Virus record (IMG/VR): IMGVR_UViG_3300020055_000013
Source: an uncultured virus (IMG/VR IMGVR_UViG_3300020055_000013)
Lineage: Duplodnaviria; Heunggongvirae; Uroviricota; Caudoviricetes
DNA: 64,000 nucleotides
Direction: 5' to 3' (one strand)
Made by a program: the position numbers and the translations under genes. Under the pieces are notes generated by a model. The model made no database searches. It saw only the letters and a program-made list of their open reading frames with translations, and was not told the DNA's origin. The stretch's first letter is position 1, and every line of letters starts with the position of its first letter. Positions 19,550 through 32,900 of the stretch are shown here, piece after piece.

Positions 19550-20919
19550 GGCTCATATACCCAAGAAGCGTTTGTAAAATATCTTCTCTCAGTAGAGTTA
19601 TACATTTCTGATCTAGGATTGTCAAAAACAATATTAGTCTTTGGTCTAGCAGCATCTATAAGAGCTTGTATATCACTATCAGCTTGAGCTGTTTTGCCGA
19701 TACTATTAAACAATACCTCAATAGTAATTTCTTTTTTTCTTTCAGTTTTTCCAAAAGCATTTTGTAAAATAGGACCATGTGCCCTTCCAATAACTGGAAT
19801 AACGCTAAAGGCATCTCCCATCCCAGTCCATTTTGTCTCTATTTTTTCAACTTTAGCATTATCTATACTATTAGCTGGTCTAACATTATACTCATAATTG
19901 AACGTAATAGTTCGTGTCTCGTCGTTGGACGCTTTTGATGTAGAGACCGCGCTACTGTTATAACCATCTGGAACTATGTGTGACGCAGTAGAATAACAAA
20001 CCTCATCAAAATAAGCATGAGCCTGACCAATATTGCTCAAGCCTAATATTTTACCACCAACAGTTGCTCCACCAAACACATTATTCACAGAAGAAGTTTC
20101 TCCAGAAGAAAAACTAACTAGCACTTTATGGTCAGTTAAAGTATATTCTGTTGATGATGTTGGTTTAAGTATAAACTCTTCAGTAAGTTTGCTTTCATAA
20201 AATTCAGTGCCTCCTCTAGTGGAAGAAGAGGACTGTCGGTAAGTTTCATACGCTGTGGCATTTGGATTATTTACATCTGTAAGAGTGCCTCCTTGTGTTT
20301 CGTCAATGTATATTATCGATCCATAGCTATCTACATCGTGGTACTTATCAGTATAAGATACTGATTGTGTAATAGTCGCCCTGTAATACCCAGACGTTGT
20401 GTTGCCTTGACGATCCGTGGGAAAACCCATATCTTTATTCCAAGTTAATTGTAAATCAGTGCTAGAACTAACAAGATTGTCTTGGTATGTTTCAAACACT
20501 GCAACATACTCAGAATGGCCCACTAAAATCCCTTCCTCAAACCTCAAGGAGGATAGATTGCAACGAGTAAAACGAGATATATTACTGCCGTTTATGTCAT
20601 TTATTTCAATAGTATTATTGCCTTGAGCAAATGTGTCTCTGAGACTTTTTTGTTTTTGTAAGAGTGAGTCGGTAGAATCAGCTGGTGCTGGGTCTGGTGA
20701 AATGTAGCCATGTAAAGTGACTGTGTGCCTATTTTTACCTGTCCCTCTCATGTGGGAAGTGTCAATAGATATAAACGGATTAGAATATCCCGTCCCAAAG
20801 GTAAAACTCCCACCAGTATTACTATTAGTATTCCCATAAGTCTTAGAAGACTTAGGCGAATCGTTGTATATAAACACTCTTAAGTTTTCTTTGTTTGTGT
20901 CAAAAGATTTTTTGCTCAC
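19546..20919 (-). CDS. Putative distal tail/baseplate protein
   Basis: 457 aa beta-rich, repeated tube-like strand patterns; synteny after TMP. Confidence 0.45.
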   Translation of the reverse strand: MSKKSFDTNKENLRVFIYNDSPKSSKTYGNTNSNTGGSFTFGTGYSNPFISIDTSHMRGTGKNRHTVTLHGYISPDPAPADSTDSLLQKQKSLRDTFAQGNNTIEINDINGSNISRFTRCNLSSLRFEEGILVGHSEYVAVFETYQDNLVSSSTDLQLTWNKDMGFPTDRQGNTTSGYYRATITQSVSYTDKYHDVDSYGSIIYIDETQGGTLTDVNNPNATAYETYRQSSSSTRGGTEFYESKLTEEFILKPTSSTEYTLTDHKVLVSFSSGETSSVNNVFGGATVGGKILGLSNIGQAHAYFDEVCYSTASHIVPDGYNSSAVSTSKASNDETRTITFNYEYNVRPANSIDNAKVEKIETKWTGMGDAFSVIPVIGRAHGPILQNAFGKTERKKEITIEVLFNSIGKTAQADSDIQALIDAARPKTNIVFDNPRSEMYNSTERRYFTNASWVYEP

Positions 20920-23900
20920 GGTCTTCCCCTAGTAACGAGAGGTATGTTATATGTAATATTTAAGCTATCTTCTGCGGCAATGCCGTCACCGAAGCTTTCG
21001 GTGAATCCAGACTCTACGCCGCTAGAATATAGTAATACATTCCCAGAATTTCTAACAGCACAATAATTAAATAAGTCTACATTATTATACACATTGCCCA
21101 CACTTGGAGACAACGTATAAAGGTTGAGGCTAGAGGACGGCGTTGGATTTTTTGCGTCGGAAAATAGAGATATATAATTTTCCGTAGGTATGCCGTGCAA
21201 AAATGCACCCTCTACGCTTTCAATAAATGGACGGTTCACTGAATATCCAGAATCTGAAAAATCTTGACCAGAAACTTCTATGAATATTTCTCCATAAATA
21301 TTTGATATTACTCTGCCTTGGAATTCATGCTCGTAATCGTATTTGTTGTCATTCCTAAAGAAGAATGTGGTGTAGTCTATTTCTCTTTGGTATTCGCCAT
21401 AAACCCTGCCAGCAATATAGGTTCTTGGGTGAGAAAAAGCTGGCCTCACCTTTCTAAGCATTCCATCAAAAGCGTAAACAGACCCAGACTTATCTTTGAC
21501 TTGATTTAGCTCATCTGTAAACTGATGATTTTTTGCACCAATGGCGAGAATGTAATCTCCATCATTCCTTCTAGCCCTATCAATTGCTATAGAATTTCCT
21601 AGGAAGAGATTTTCATTACCATCTCTTGAGTTCAAGCCTTGATGATATCTAGCAATTTTTTGTATTGGGGTCCACTCTTGTTTCTTAGAACCCCAATCAG
21701 ATATTTTGTTTTCATAAGTAAAAACTGAGCCATGATTAATAACAGTAACTCCACTAAGCGGATGGTCTATTCTCTCTTGCTCATTAGCTAAGTCGTGAAC
21801 AACTATTTGCGGTATGTCGAATTGGTTGTTAAACTCTTTTCGTATAAAGCAGCCCGATGGATTTCGAACCTCTTCTATGAATGTATCGAAGTTATGACCC
21901 GGAGCAGAAATTGCAAGCATGTCTCCCGCTAGATCTATATCAGACCCGAACATGTCAGGAACGAAACCGTAGTTGTTTAAAAATGCATTGTCATAAGAGT
22001 TGGGACCAATAATAGAACTTGAATTTGATGTATTCATTCCCGAGAATCCAACACTTATTTCTTCAGGTCTAAATTTCTGAACAATCTCCCAAGGTAAGCC
22101 CGTAGTTTTTTCCAGAGATCCATTGATTGATCCATACCCTTCTCCAGTCAAGCCAGTTTTTTCTAAGACATAAACGGCTCCCGCTCCACCATTAAAACCA
22201 ACCTCCGCACCATATATTCCGCTTGAGGATTGACTTACAACTTCTTCCCAGTTAGTTATACTTTCTGAGAAATATGGAGTAAAAGGAGACCCAATGTAAA
22301 GCTTGTCTTTGTGTAACTTAACTTTATATCCAAATAAATCTCCCGGATACCCAGAATGTAAGACCTCTAAATCTAAATGGTCTATACCTTCTTGTCTTAA
22401 TATTTCTGGAATTCTTTCTTGGAAACCAGCATCTCTGTATCTATATCCATTGTAGTAATCATTAAACTTAGAGTCAGAAGCGTAATATTCCTTTACTTGG
22501 TCAAATTGTTGTCTGTACCAATATTCTTCATATTCTTCTTGGTTCATTCCATTAACTAATTCTCCCCTTAAGAAGAATTCATAAGGAGGAAGCTGAGGGG
22601 CTTTGGGTGGATCGTTAAAGGGATAATAAGAAGACAGTAACCCAGTCATACTATTAAATGGCTTTGCGACAAAAGATTTGGGTGGAACTGGAGTTATTTG
22701 TTTTTTACCCTCTTCGTCTGAATAATAATCCAGAGAAAGCTCATTACTTTGGTAGTTGCCGAATCTATAATTTAGTCCAGAGTTTTCTGGATAGGCATTA
22801 ATCATACGGCTCGGGCTAGTGCGTTCTGGGGAAATAATCTTATAAGAAGTTTGGTACTGCTTGCCATATTCCTCTCCTCCGAAAAACGTATACGGATAAA
22901 GCGAAGAAAGGAATTTAGAAACATTGTTATTGACACCGCTCTTATCTTCAGAAATAATGCTAGCGCCCTGTATAAGACTTGGATCACTTATAACTGTTAC
23001 CCTAGACTTATTGTGTCCAGCCGGGAAACCAGCTTGGTGATAAACGGCTTGAGCCACAACTATTGGGCCATCAGCTATTTCTGGAGCTGTATCTCCATAG
23101 CCAAATGGAATTCTTTCTGCGCAAATGTCACTATTTGACTCAATACAATATTTATCACTACTTGTACTAATTTGTCTAATTACAGGCGTTTCGTAAGAAT
23201 AAGCTTCTCTTGGAGGAATAATTTCTTTCTGTAATTCATATATAGGAATTTCACCAAAAAGAGTTTTAACTGGAGTGCGAACGCCAGAGATAGAAACGAG
23301 ACGATTGGTTCTAATTTTACTTGGACTTGAAACTGGCTCAAATTGATCGTCTCGTTCAGACTGAGACAATCCAGTGAAAAACATTTCTAATGAACCGCCA
23401 ACTCCCGGAGGTAGCTGTATGTCGTATTCATATGTTTTATTGGTTCTAGTAACAAGTCTATCTTGTAACCCGCATTTAATCTTGGTTTTAAATACGTTGT
23501 AATTGTCATCAAGGTCTTTAATTTCAATAGGTAATCCAAATGGTCCATTTACCCGAGTTGCACAATTAGCAATATAGAAATTAATAGGTTCAGACTCAAC
23601 AGAGCTTTCTGATGAAACTTCTACAAAAATTCTGAATAAATTAAAGTCATCATCTTCAGGGACATCTTCTCTTGGTTCTGGAACCTCAAAAGTAACCTTA
23701 GTAATACCAGTATGCAATTGAGGTATTCCAACAATGTCTGTCTTAATATCCAGTATGGAAATATCAAAATAAGCAATTGAATTAGCTTGCTGTTTATCGA
23801 TGGGTATTATTTCATGGTGATAGCCAGTACATGTAGTCATGCTTCCAATTGTTACGCAAGGTGGAATATCAATCTCAAATGATTGTATTTTAGAGTCTAG

Positions 23901-26900
23901 CCCGTAACCGGAACTTACATAGCTATTGTTATCAATTTTTATTTTTCTAGAGTATATTTGTTCAAAATTATTTTGTTGCTCTATTTCTGAAATGTCAGAG
24001 TTTTCAATGTCAAGTAAGAAATCAGAAGAGTCTTTACGTGAAGCGTATCTATTTTTTCCATCTAAAAATAATGGCTTCATAGATAGTCCCAGCTTTTCGC
24101 ACAGATAACCAGCCACCTTGGCTGCATTAATCATATAAGAGGGCAAAGGATGACTAACGCTAACTTTTGAAGTTGATGCTGGATCTTGACCATATGTTAT
24201 AATTAACTTCTTATTTCCAAGAGACAAAAATCTCTTGATGTTTTCTATATCTTGATCTGAAGGGTACTGGTCCGTATTAGCAATCCAAGCGACATCATAC
24301 GACTTTGAAATGTTATACAAATCCGACGTTGAAACGTCTACATCAGACATGTCAATACCAAGACCAAGCATTTGCTGCTGTATGTCAGAGTCTGGAAAAC
24401 CATCTCTGTAAGAAGCTCTATTAGTAAAGCCTCCAACTTGAGCAACCTTAGATGAGCCAAACTCATCTTTAGCTAGAATGTTAAAATACATATTAAGATT
24501 AACGTCAGCGTTAGAAGATAATAGAACTTCTCTACTTTCTGTTAAAGTTCCGGCAATTAAAACTACAGAAGATTTAAAACTTTCAAAATTTTCTTCTGCA
24601 ATAAAATAGGTTTTGTCTGATCTGTCGTATACATTCTCTAGCTCTGAAAGGGGCGTGCTAGCCTTTGCCTGTAATATTGCGTCTACTTCGTTGTACTCAT
24701 CTGGATTATAAAATAAACTATTGCTAATTATTCCGTTGATGTTATATTCTAGACTTGTGTAATTACCGCTTGTTTCCGACCACATGAAATCTATGCCAGA
24801 GTATGGAACCTCTCCAAAAGCTTGATGTGTTTCAGTTTTGTATCCAGAAATTACCGATCTAAGCACTTCTCTCTCTGGTATAGCTGGAACATGAACTGTT
24901 TTACTAACAGACTCATAAGCAGCCATCACTGGTATTGGCTCACTCGCGTCTCTGTAATTTACGCTTGGTACAGGTGGACATATCTCGTCACAGGTTGTAC
25001 AACCCCAGTCATTACAAGTGGTGTGAGACTTATATAGAAAAGCTAAGTTATGCTCGTAGTCCAAAAACGCTGGATCTCCCGTACATGATCTATATACGCA
25101 CTGATCCAAATATTTAGCCCTCAAGTCGCCTTCATGTACTATTGGCATTTCGCAAAAATTATGCAATTCTCTGTATATCTTTTTTCTAATTTGTTTATCG
25201 GGCTGATCTATCGACTCCAAGATTACAAATGGGTCACTTAAGTCTTCTGCGAGTTCTCCATTAACAGTAATTTTGGTTCCATGAGGTAAAGTGCATTTGT
25301 AAATATCAGACTTGCCGGGGTCATAAAATCTAATATCGCCAGCGCCGTACCCACGAAGAGCAAACGGAGAAGCTATGGAATAGGTTGTTTTTTCCGGGAC
25401 AAAAGACTGTTGGACATTGTAATAAACATTGGTATCTTCAATTAATGCTTCATAAGAATTTCTGGCTGGATATATTCTTAAATTAATATCTAGTCTTTCC
25501 AGAATGTTGTTAATAATATTGTTTGACTGCTGGTAAACACCGCCAGACTCCCACTTAGGATCATTGCCAACTAAGACTAAATTCCTATCCCCATAAGCCA
25601 GCCATTCTCTTATGTTATTAATGATTTCTTCGCTAGACGCATCAATAGCAGGAGTTATAATCATGGCCATACCAGCGTCTTGTGGTATTTTCTTATCTTC
25701 AGAAAAACTAGTTCGACTAAAAGATATTCCTTTAGAGTTCAAGCCGTTGCTCATAGCGTCAAAGAAAAATCCATCTTCACTTATGTCGCTTAAGTCTTCA
25801 TGCAAGTTGCCGAATTTATAGTATTCAACAGCTTTATTGTAATGTGGATAATAGTCTCGGCTTTCAAATAATCTAACTGCGCCAGCGTTAGTATAATTTT
25901 GCCATTGCCAGTTTTCTCCACCTACAGGAGTTGTCTGCTCACCATAAGGAGGGAATTTATTATTGTATCTAAACCATGTAATGGTTGCGTCTCTTTCTCC
26001 AAAGCTATCAGTTGGAGAGCCAGCGGCTATGAGAGTACCGTCTTCATTAACATCAACACTATATCCAAGTCGAGCGGTTGGTATGTGGTTGTTATAGAAG
26101 GTAGACCAAGAGCCACCAGTGTCAGAGAAAATGCTTTCATATGAAATATTCTTGATTAATCTATATGGATTAAGGCCAAGAGAATGAGTGAAAGAAAACC
26201 GTAACGATTCAGAAAGTGAAAAATAAATTTCTCTTCTTAAAGACTCAAGAGATGTGGCAGTAAGTGTTTTTTGTTGATATTCCCTGTACTTAGAGTAAGC
26301 TTCACCGAAGGTAGCGTTTTGTATCTCTATGTCACTTTGTTCTTTTAAGAAACCCACAAAAGTATTGTCAGTATTGTGGGAAATGTTCATCATTAAGTTT
26401 TCTTCATAAGAAGGATCATATTCCCAAACCTGTATGGCGTCATTGCAGAATGGAGATCCCACCACAATGGTTTTGCCATTTTCGCTAATAGCAACATCGT
26501 GACCAAATCTGTCAGAAACATCGTCCGTGTAAGTAGAAGTAGATTCTATGGCCTGCACGATTTCGAAAGAGCTGTCGCCCTTTTTCTCAAAAATGAATAC
26601 AGCGCCACCGCTTGGTGGAGGTTCATTAAACTCGGATGCGTTTGAATTAAAAGTTCCAATATTGTCAGCAAAAAGACGATACTTATTAGCAGACTTTAAT
26701 GTGTCGATATCTGTTATTTGCTTAATATTTCTAATAGATTGCTGTATCCAATCTTCGTCAGTATCTAATGTAACCCTGACGTAAGGCGTGGAGGCTTCCC
26801 CTTGCAAGTCTACAAGTCCATTTTGCTGAGAATAAACATTCACATAATCTATAAACTTGTTGATCGCGCCAGAGCGTGGACCACTCTCAAAATAACCAAG

Positions 26901-29900
26901 AGGATTTTTCCCTAATGATCTTGAATTATCAATATAGATACCAAACAAAGGCGGTATACCACTGCTTAAAGCGTTAGGATTAAGGGGGAAGTTTTCATGA
27001 TAAATATCTATTAATTCTTGAAGTATAACAGCTTCTTGATCTTTATACTCTTGGCTATTATAATCAAAATTGTAGTGCCTATTAGTGACATATTTTTTAA
27101 CAAAATCTGGCTGTGGGTAATTAAAATCTTCTGATAGCGTAAATGGAACTCCACCGCCAAGCATGGGTTCGCAAAGAATTATTTTTATGTCGAATTCTAC
27201 TGGGGGATCAGAAAAATATCGGTATAAAATATCTATATCTTTTAGCTGTCTTTTTATTTCTTCCCATGAAGAGCCTATGGGATTAGTTACTAATTCATTG
27301 TTAAAGACAAATAACGCGATACTTACAGGTGTTGTTTGTACTGGCTGAAAAGCCCTAGTCCACTTTGTACCCGGACCACCAGCAACTATAATTGAGTTAT
27401 TTCCTCTTTCGGCAGAAGCTATAGAATGACCAAGCTGCCTGCCTTCTCCAAAATTTTTCCAATTTCTAACAGTAGCCTGAAATGGCAATAAGTTGTTATC
27501 ATCATCAAAGAATGATCGCTGAGTAGTGTAAAAATAATCTCTTCTCCATCCAGTAGGAAGAACAAGTTCTTGCTCCAGCGTGAATGGAGATTTGTCTAAT
27601 TGATCTGTCCAGTCATTGCCACTAGGCTCTGGCGCTTTTCTATAAATGTAAATTTTACCATTGTCCTGAAGGGTATAACTTGGTCCATCTCCAGATAACA
27701 CATCTTGTACGCCAGCTTCTGAATTTTCAAAGGGGCAACCAACGGCTAACATATCTTTAAGAACGGTAACGCTTTTGCCGAAGAAATTGTTTGAATCTAT
27801 ATTGCCTTCTGGAGGATTAATCTTGATACCAGAATAACTTGTATCGTTGTTTGTTCCGTATTCCCATTCTGATATTTCTCTAGGAACTTCTAAAACTTTG
27901 TCTCCAGCGGTTTTACCCTTAATAGTTATTCTATAAGGAGACTGAGGAATAAGGTTTTCAAATTTCCTTATACCGTAATATTTTCTATCATAAGTATCAT
28001 TACTAAATACAGTTAATGATCTTGCTACTCCACCGTCAACACATTCTGGATCATACCATAGAGTGTCGTGTGTAATAAGTGGTTGTTCTTGACATGCTAT
28101 GTTTGCGTCAGAATCACACCCACCATAGCAAACAGTATTAACTCCACGAATTTCATCGTTAGCGGGAACGGAGGCGAATTCATTGTCTCTTGGAATTATA
28201 GCTGTTCCATAGTTTTCAGAGTTCCACCTAAAGAACTCGACAACTCCATCAGTGTAACTCAGAGGTTTTATATGATATAAATACAATGGAATTTGACTTG
28301 AAACATTAAACGGTGAAGCTTCTGTCAATAGGTTTATTGAATCGCTGTGCGTCAAAATTTGACTGTCCTGTATTAACATAGATATGTTTAAGCTAGAGCT
28401 AACTGACGCATTGGCTTCCTCAAAGCCACCTATCATGAATATGTCAATATTGTTATGGCTAACAGAAAAACCGTCAACAAATGTGAATAGGCTTAAATTG
28501 TTATCAATAGTTTCAATATCACTATAGTATCCGCTAGTTGTGATCGGGAAAGTAGATGAAATATTACTATAGCCACCCTCAATGAATAAATTGAGTCCAC
28601 GAACATCGTCCTCGCTACCAAAATGATTCGTTGTAAGACCAAAGCCGCTGTCTGAAGAAACAGTTCCTGCTTGTAAAGTATATAGCGGTATGTAGGAATT
28701 TTCATTAAACACACCAGATGTGTACATGTAGCAGTAATCAGCAGCCTCAGAGAAGGCAATACCGCTTGTGTATAGATAAGTTTGATTGTTAAGGTCTTCG
28801 TAATAAGCGGTTGTGTACAAATCCAAAATATGATTGGCAAAAGCGTCTCCAGAAGCATATAGTGGAATTTGATTTTCTATCTCACCAGTAGATATAAAGG
28901 CGTTATTTAAATGTACGTCAAGCGAATGTAGTTTTATCTTTGATGTAGAATAAGACCCAGAAGGATATACAACATCATACTGAATAAACATTTCGTCTAT
29001 TTCTCTGGAAAAATAATTTTCACGCAACTCTTTAGACGTTACTGTGGGGTCAAAGAATCCCCAAGGTTCTGAAATTCTATCTTTAATATCTTCTAGCTTA
29101 AGCCTGCTATATATTTTTGTCCAACAGTCTTCTTCTGCTATGTAATGCGTAGATCTATTTATTAATCCATAATTAACGCTGGGGAATAGATCACTTTCTT
29201 TTGATGGTGTATACAAACTGACTATAACTTTAGCGCCAACCTTTCCATCGTCCCAAACAATTTTTTGATCGGAAGATTGTTGTATAACAGTGCTGACTTC
29301 TATTGCGTCACCGTCAACTAAATAGCCTCTTGGTAAATTTTTAGATAGTCTTGGGGGAACTGCGTAGAAGTTTGGGTTATTTCCATCCAGATGAATCCTA
29401 AGCATATCATTTTCAATCTGAGAGTGATACGCAAGACCAGAAGCGTTGACAGAGGCTGGTAAATCTCTATCAATTCTATCAGCATAAGTTAAATTGTCAT
29501 TGTTGTATGTATGATAAACAAAATCTTTACCAGACCTTGAAGACATAATTTTGTAAGCATTGGAGAAGTCGCAATACTTAAAGTCTCCCAAGTTCCAGCT
29601 GTCAGTAGGTTCATCAACAAAACTCCACAGTGGATTTGGATCAGAGTCTTCCCAGAATTTATGAGTGTGTCCAGAGAAGAATGTATAAATAGAATCTTGC
29701 TGGAAAGGTGGGTATGGATCTTGTTTTACTAGATTACCACCGCCGTCTTCGTGAGCTTTAGAAATTCCAATATCACTAATAAAACAATTAAAACCAACGC
29801 CACCATGCTCAGAATAACCAAATGTTAAGTTGCTATTTCCGCTATGCATTACAAATGGTCCATCAGAATCTCTTAAAATTGGCCAGTCTTTTTCTCCCTG

Positions 29901-32900
29901 AGCAGATGTGTATCCAGATCCAACAATTTCGTTTTGAGTATAAAGCTCTAATAGTTGGTTGTTATTAGAATTGTAACTTAAAACAACAGATAGGGGGTAT
30001 TGGTAAACATGATATGGTGCTGGGTCTGTGATTGTAATAGTGTTGCCTTGACTATCTAAAGCGAAGCCCTCAAGATATCCGTTGTTATATCTAAGACCGT
30101 ACTCTAGTTGCTCTCCAGCGTCTTGTTTTTGAAATATGACTCCAGAATTCCAAAGGTTATAATTAACCCCACTTACGTTTTCATCTGGAGAAAACCTTGT
30201 AAAGATAGCAAATCCACTTGCAGACGGGACGTTGCCGAAATTAAGATAACCGTCAACGCCAGAAACACGAACGGCTTTGTCGAAAGAGTCTAAGATTTGA
30301 CCATACAAAGGATCGTTTGGATATTCATATGTCCAGTCAATAGTGTTGTAAGGTGTGTTTGAATTGCTAGCAAAAAGGGATGGAGACTTAAATCTCATGC
30401 CAACATTATGAACAATTGATTGAGAGAGATCGCCATGAGAAAAAACACCGCTGAGAGACCCACCATTGTTTGAAAAAACTTTATCATTGTAAACATTATG
30501 GAAATCTATATATCCAAGCGGGAATGGCTGGTCTAATTGCGGGAAGGAGAAAGCGAATCCAAAAGCGGTATTATCAAATGGGCCAGCAGAAACCAAGCCA
30601 GAAGACCCCCTCCACCTTCTAGAATAATTAGTTTTGAGAGTAGTGTCTTTTGAAGAGTACGCTTGCGGGATGTTTTCTATTAAAGATAAATGATTATTAC
30701 TATTAACCATCCTGTCTTTGGGTTTTTTCTTAGATGGAGAAAGCAAAGAAATTCTACGATTAATTTCTTTTGACTTAAAACCAGTGATCTCAAGTGGCAA
30801 AGATCCTGCTGGCTTATGCTTTACTATAAGGTCGGCCTTGGCGATAGAAGCTCCAGAAGGTATTGGATAAATATCTAGATATAAAGACTCAAAGTAACTA
30901 CTCATAGAATAGTCTTTGGAGAAGCCTAAATCCACTTTATCTTTATAAATTTTTAGCGGTATATCGTAAGTCTTAAATTCTGTAGAGTCTACAAGTATAT
31001 CATTTGAAATATAGTAATGATCTCCACCAGCATTAGAAGCTATATTGCTAGAGTAATAGGCTGATTTATCTGATATGCTTTCTGAAGATAATGAAAGCTC
31101 ATTAACTGTATGAAAACCAGAGACTTGAGGCATGTTGCCGTAGCCAGCAGAAGAGTTTTGCAAGAATCCACTCTTCTGAGAAGTAATAAACAGAACTTGA
31201 TCATCGCTGTAACCAACCACATCTATTGGGAAGCTGTCTGTACCCGGAGCTTTTTTGGCCCTAATTCTTAAAAATATTTCTTCAACAACAAAGAAAGAAT
31301 CATCTATTGTGACTTTTTCTATAACGGAAGTGTTTAGAGAATTGGAATATTTATTACCAAAGCTGAAAGCCCCTCCTCTAAGAGCTTTGATAAAGAAGGG
31401 TTCTTCGTGTTGATATAACAGTTGAAGTTTACCGGAAGGCTCAACACTTGGAACTATGCTATCTAGCGATATGTGTCCAAGTACGTATCTGTTGATTAAC
31501 CTGTCTCTAAGAGTGTTATCTGATGTAGAATTTTCATCGTGGTTAGTAAACGTGTTGCCTTCTAAGTCTGGAGATGTTTTCCAAACGCTTTGTATGCCAG
31601 TGGGATATATGTCATTGTTATAACTTGGGCCAAGGACTAGTTTAGGCTGTATGATTCTTTCAACGAAAGTTCCGTGATTCACAACTTCTGAATACATAGG
31701 AACAAATGAATCTCTCAATAAACCCTCAGTATCGCTTAAGCCTCTGTTTGCTAATTCTATCGCAGATATTCTTAGAGCATTGGTGGGTCTTAAATAATAA
31801 TCATTTGTTTGAGTAGATATTGGAGAGCCGTCAATAGCTAAATGATCATTTCTAGAAGAGGGGACAAACCTATCATCTAAATCACAATGGTCTAAAAATC
31901 CTTTGTTAAACTCTTGAGTAAAGCTCTTGTAAAAACAATCCCCGTCTACCTCTAAGCTTAATTTATATCCGCTTGCTTCATTTAGTATTGGGTACTTTGG
32001 ATGCCAAGTGTTAAGTGCGGCATAATTAATTTCTGGTTCAGAAACATATGTAACAAAGTGGTACTGATTCTTTTGATCGTAATCTTGTTCACCACGTATA
32101 GCAAAGTCTTTATATTTTACAATAAGATTTCCAGATGGATCTTCAAGCGTGATATTAGAAACTTTGTATTCTGGTGGTATATCTGTTTCATAGTTAAATA
32201 ACGGAGAAGAAGCCCTTAAGAAGAAGAAGCTTTCTATAGGAGAAACAGTGGGAGGAGAAACCTCGCAAACATATTTGAATTTTCCTTCTGTGTAAATAGA
32301 AGACGGCGTGATGTATGAATCGTCATCGTCAGATATGATATATCCTTCTCTTGCGTTTTGCGTTATATTTCCAACAAAAACACCCTCGTTGATTCTTGAG
32401 TAAAGATTCTCAGTATCCATGTCGTGGCTGATAAAAGAAATATTATTGTTTGTTGTAATAAGATCTCTAATTGGGTACATCTTTTGTACTGGCTGATAAT
32501 TCTCAATACTGTTAATCTTAGAAAAGAAACCGTGAAGTTTTTCGAAGTATTTAGCTTTAACTCGGCTGTCGTGAGAATTAAAGTTTGCCTTAAGATTATT
32601 AACAGGTATGCTTGCCCTAGCAATAAATCGAGAATTTCTCAGTCTTTTCTTTTGAGTTGCCAAGCTCCAGCTGATTTTCGACTCCTGTATATAGGCAGCA
32701 GATGAATTACTGGAAGTTTGTGGAGAATAAATGTCAATGGGGAACTGGTTGTTAGCCTGCCTGTAATCAATACTGAGCGCATCTTTACCATAATCAATGT
32801 AATCTTGAGAATTGGTATTAAATAATGTGTCTGGCAAATCGTCTGCGGATCTCTTGATTAATTCCTTTGCGTAATGAAGCTTAACGGCACTATTGCCACG

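Noticed and set aside
19339..19577. CRISPR array, or real plus-strand poly-Val ORF 19344-19577
   Set aside because: No spacer-repeat structure; it is the antisense shadow of the Thr tract.
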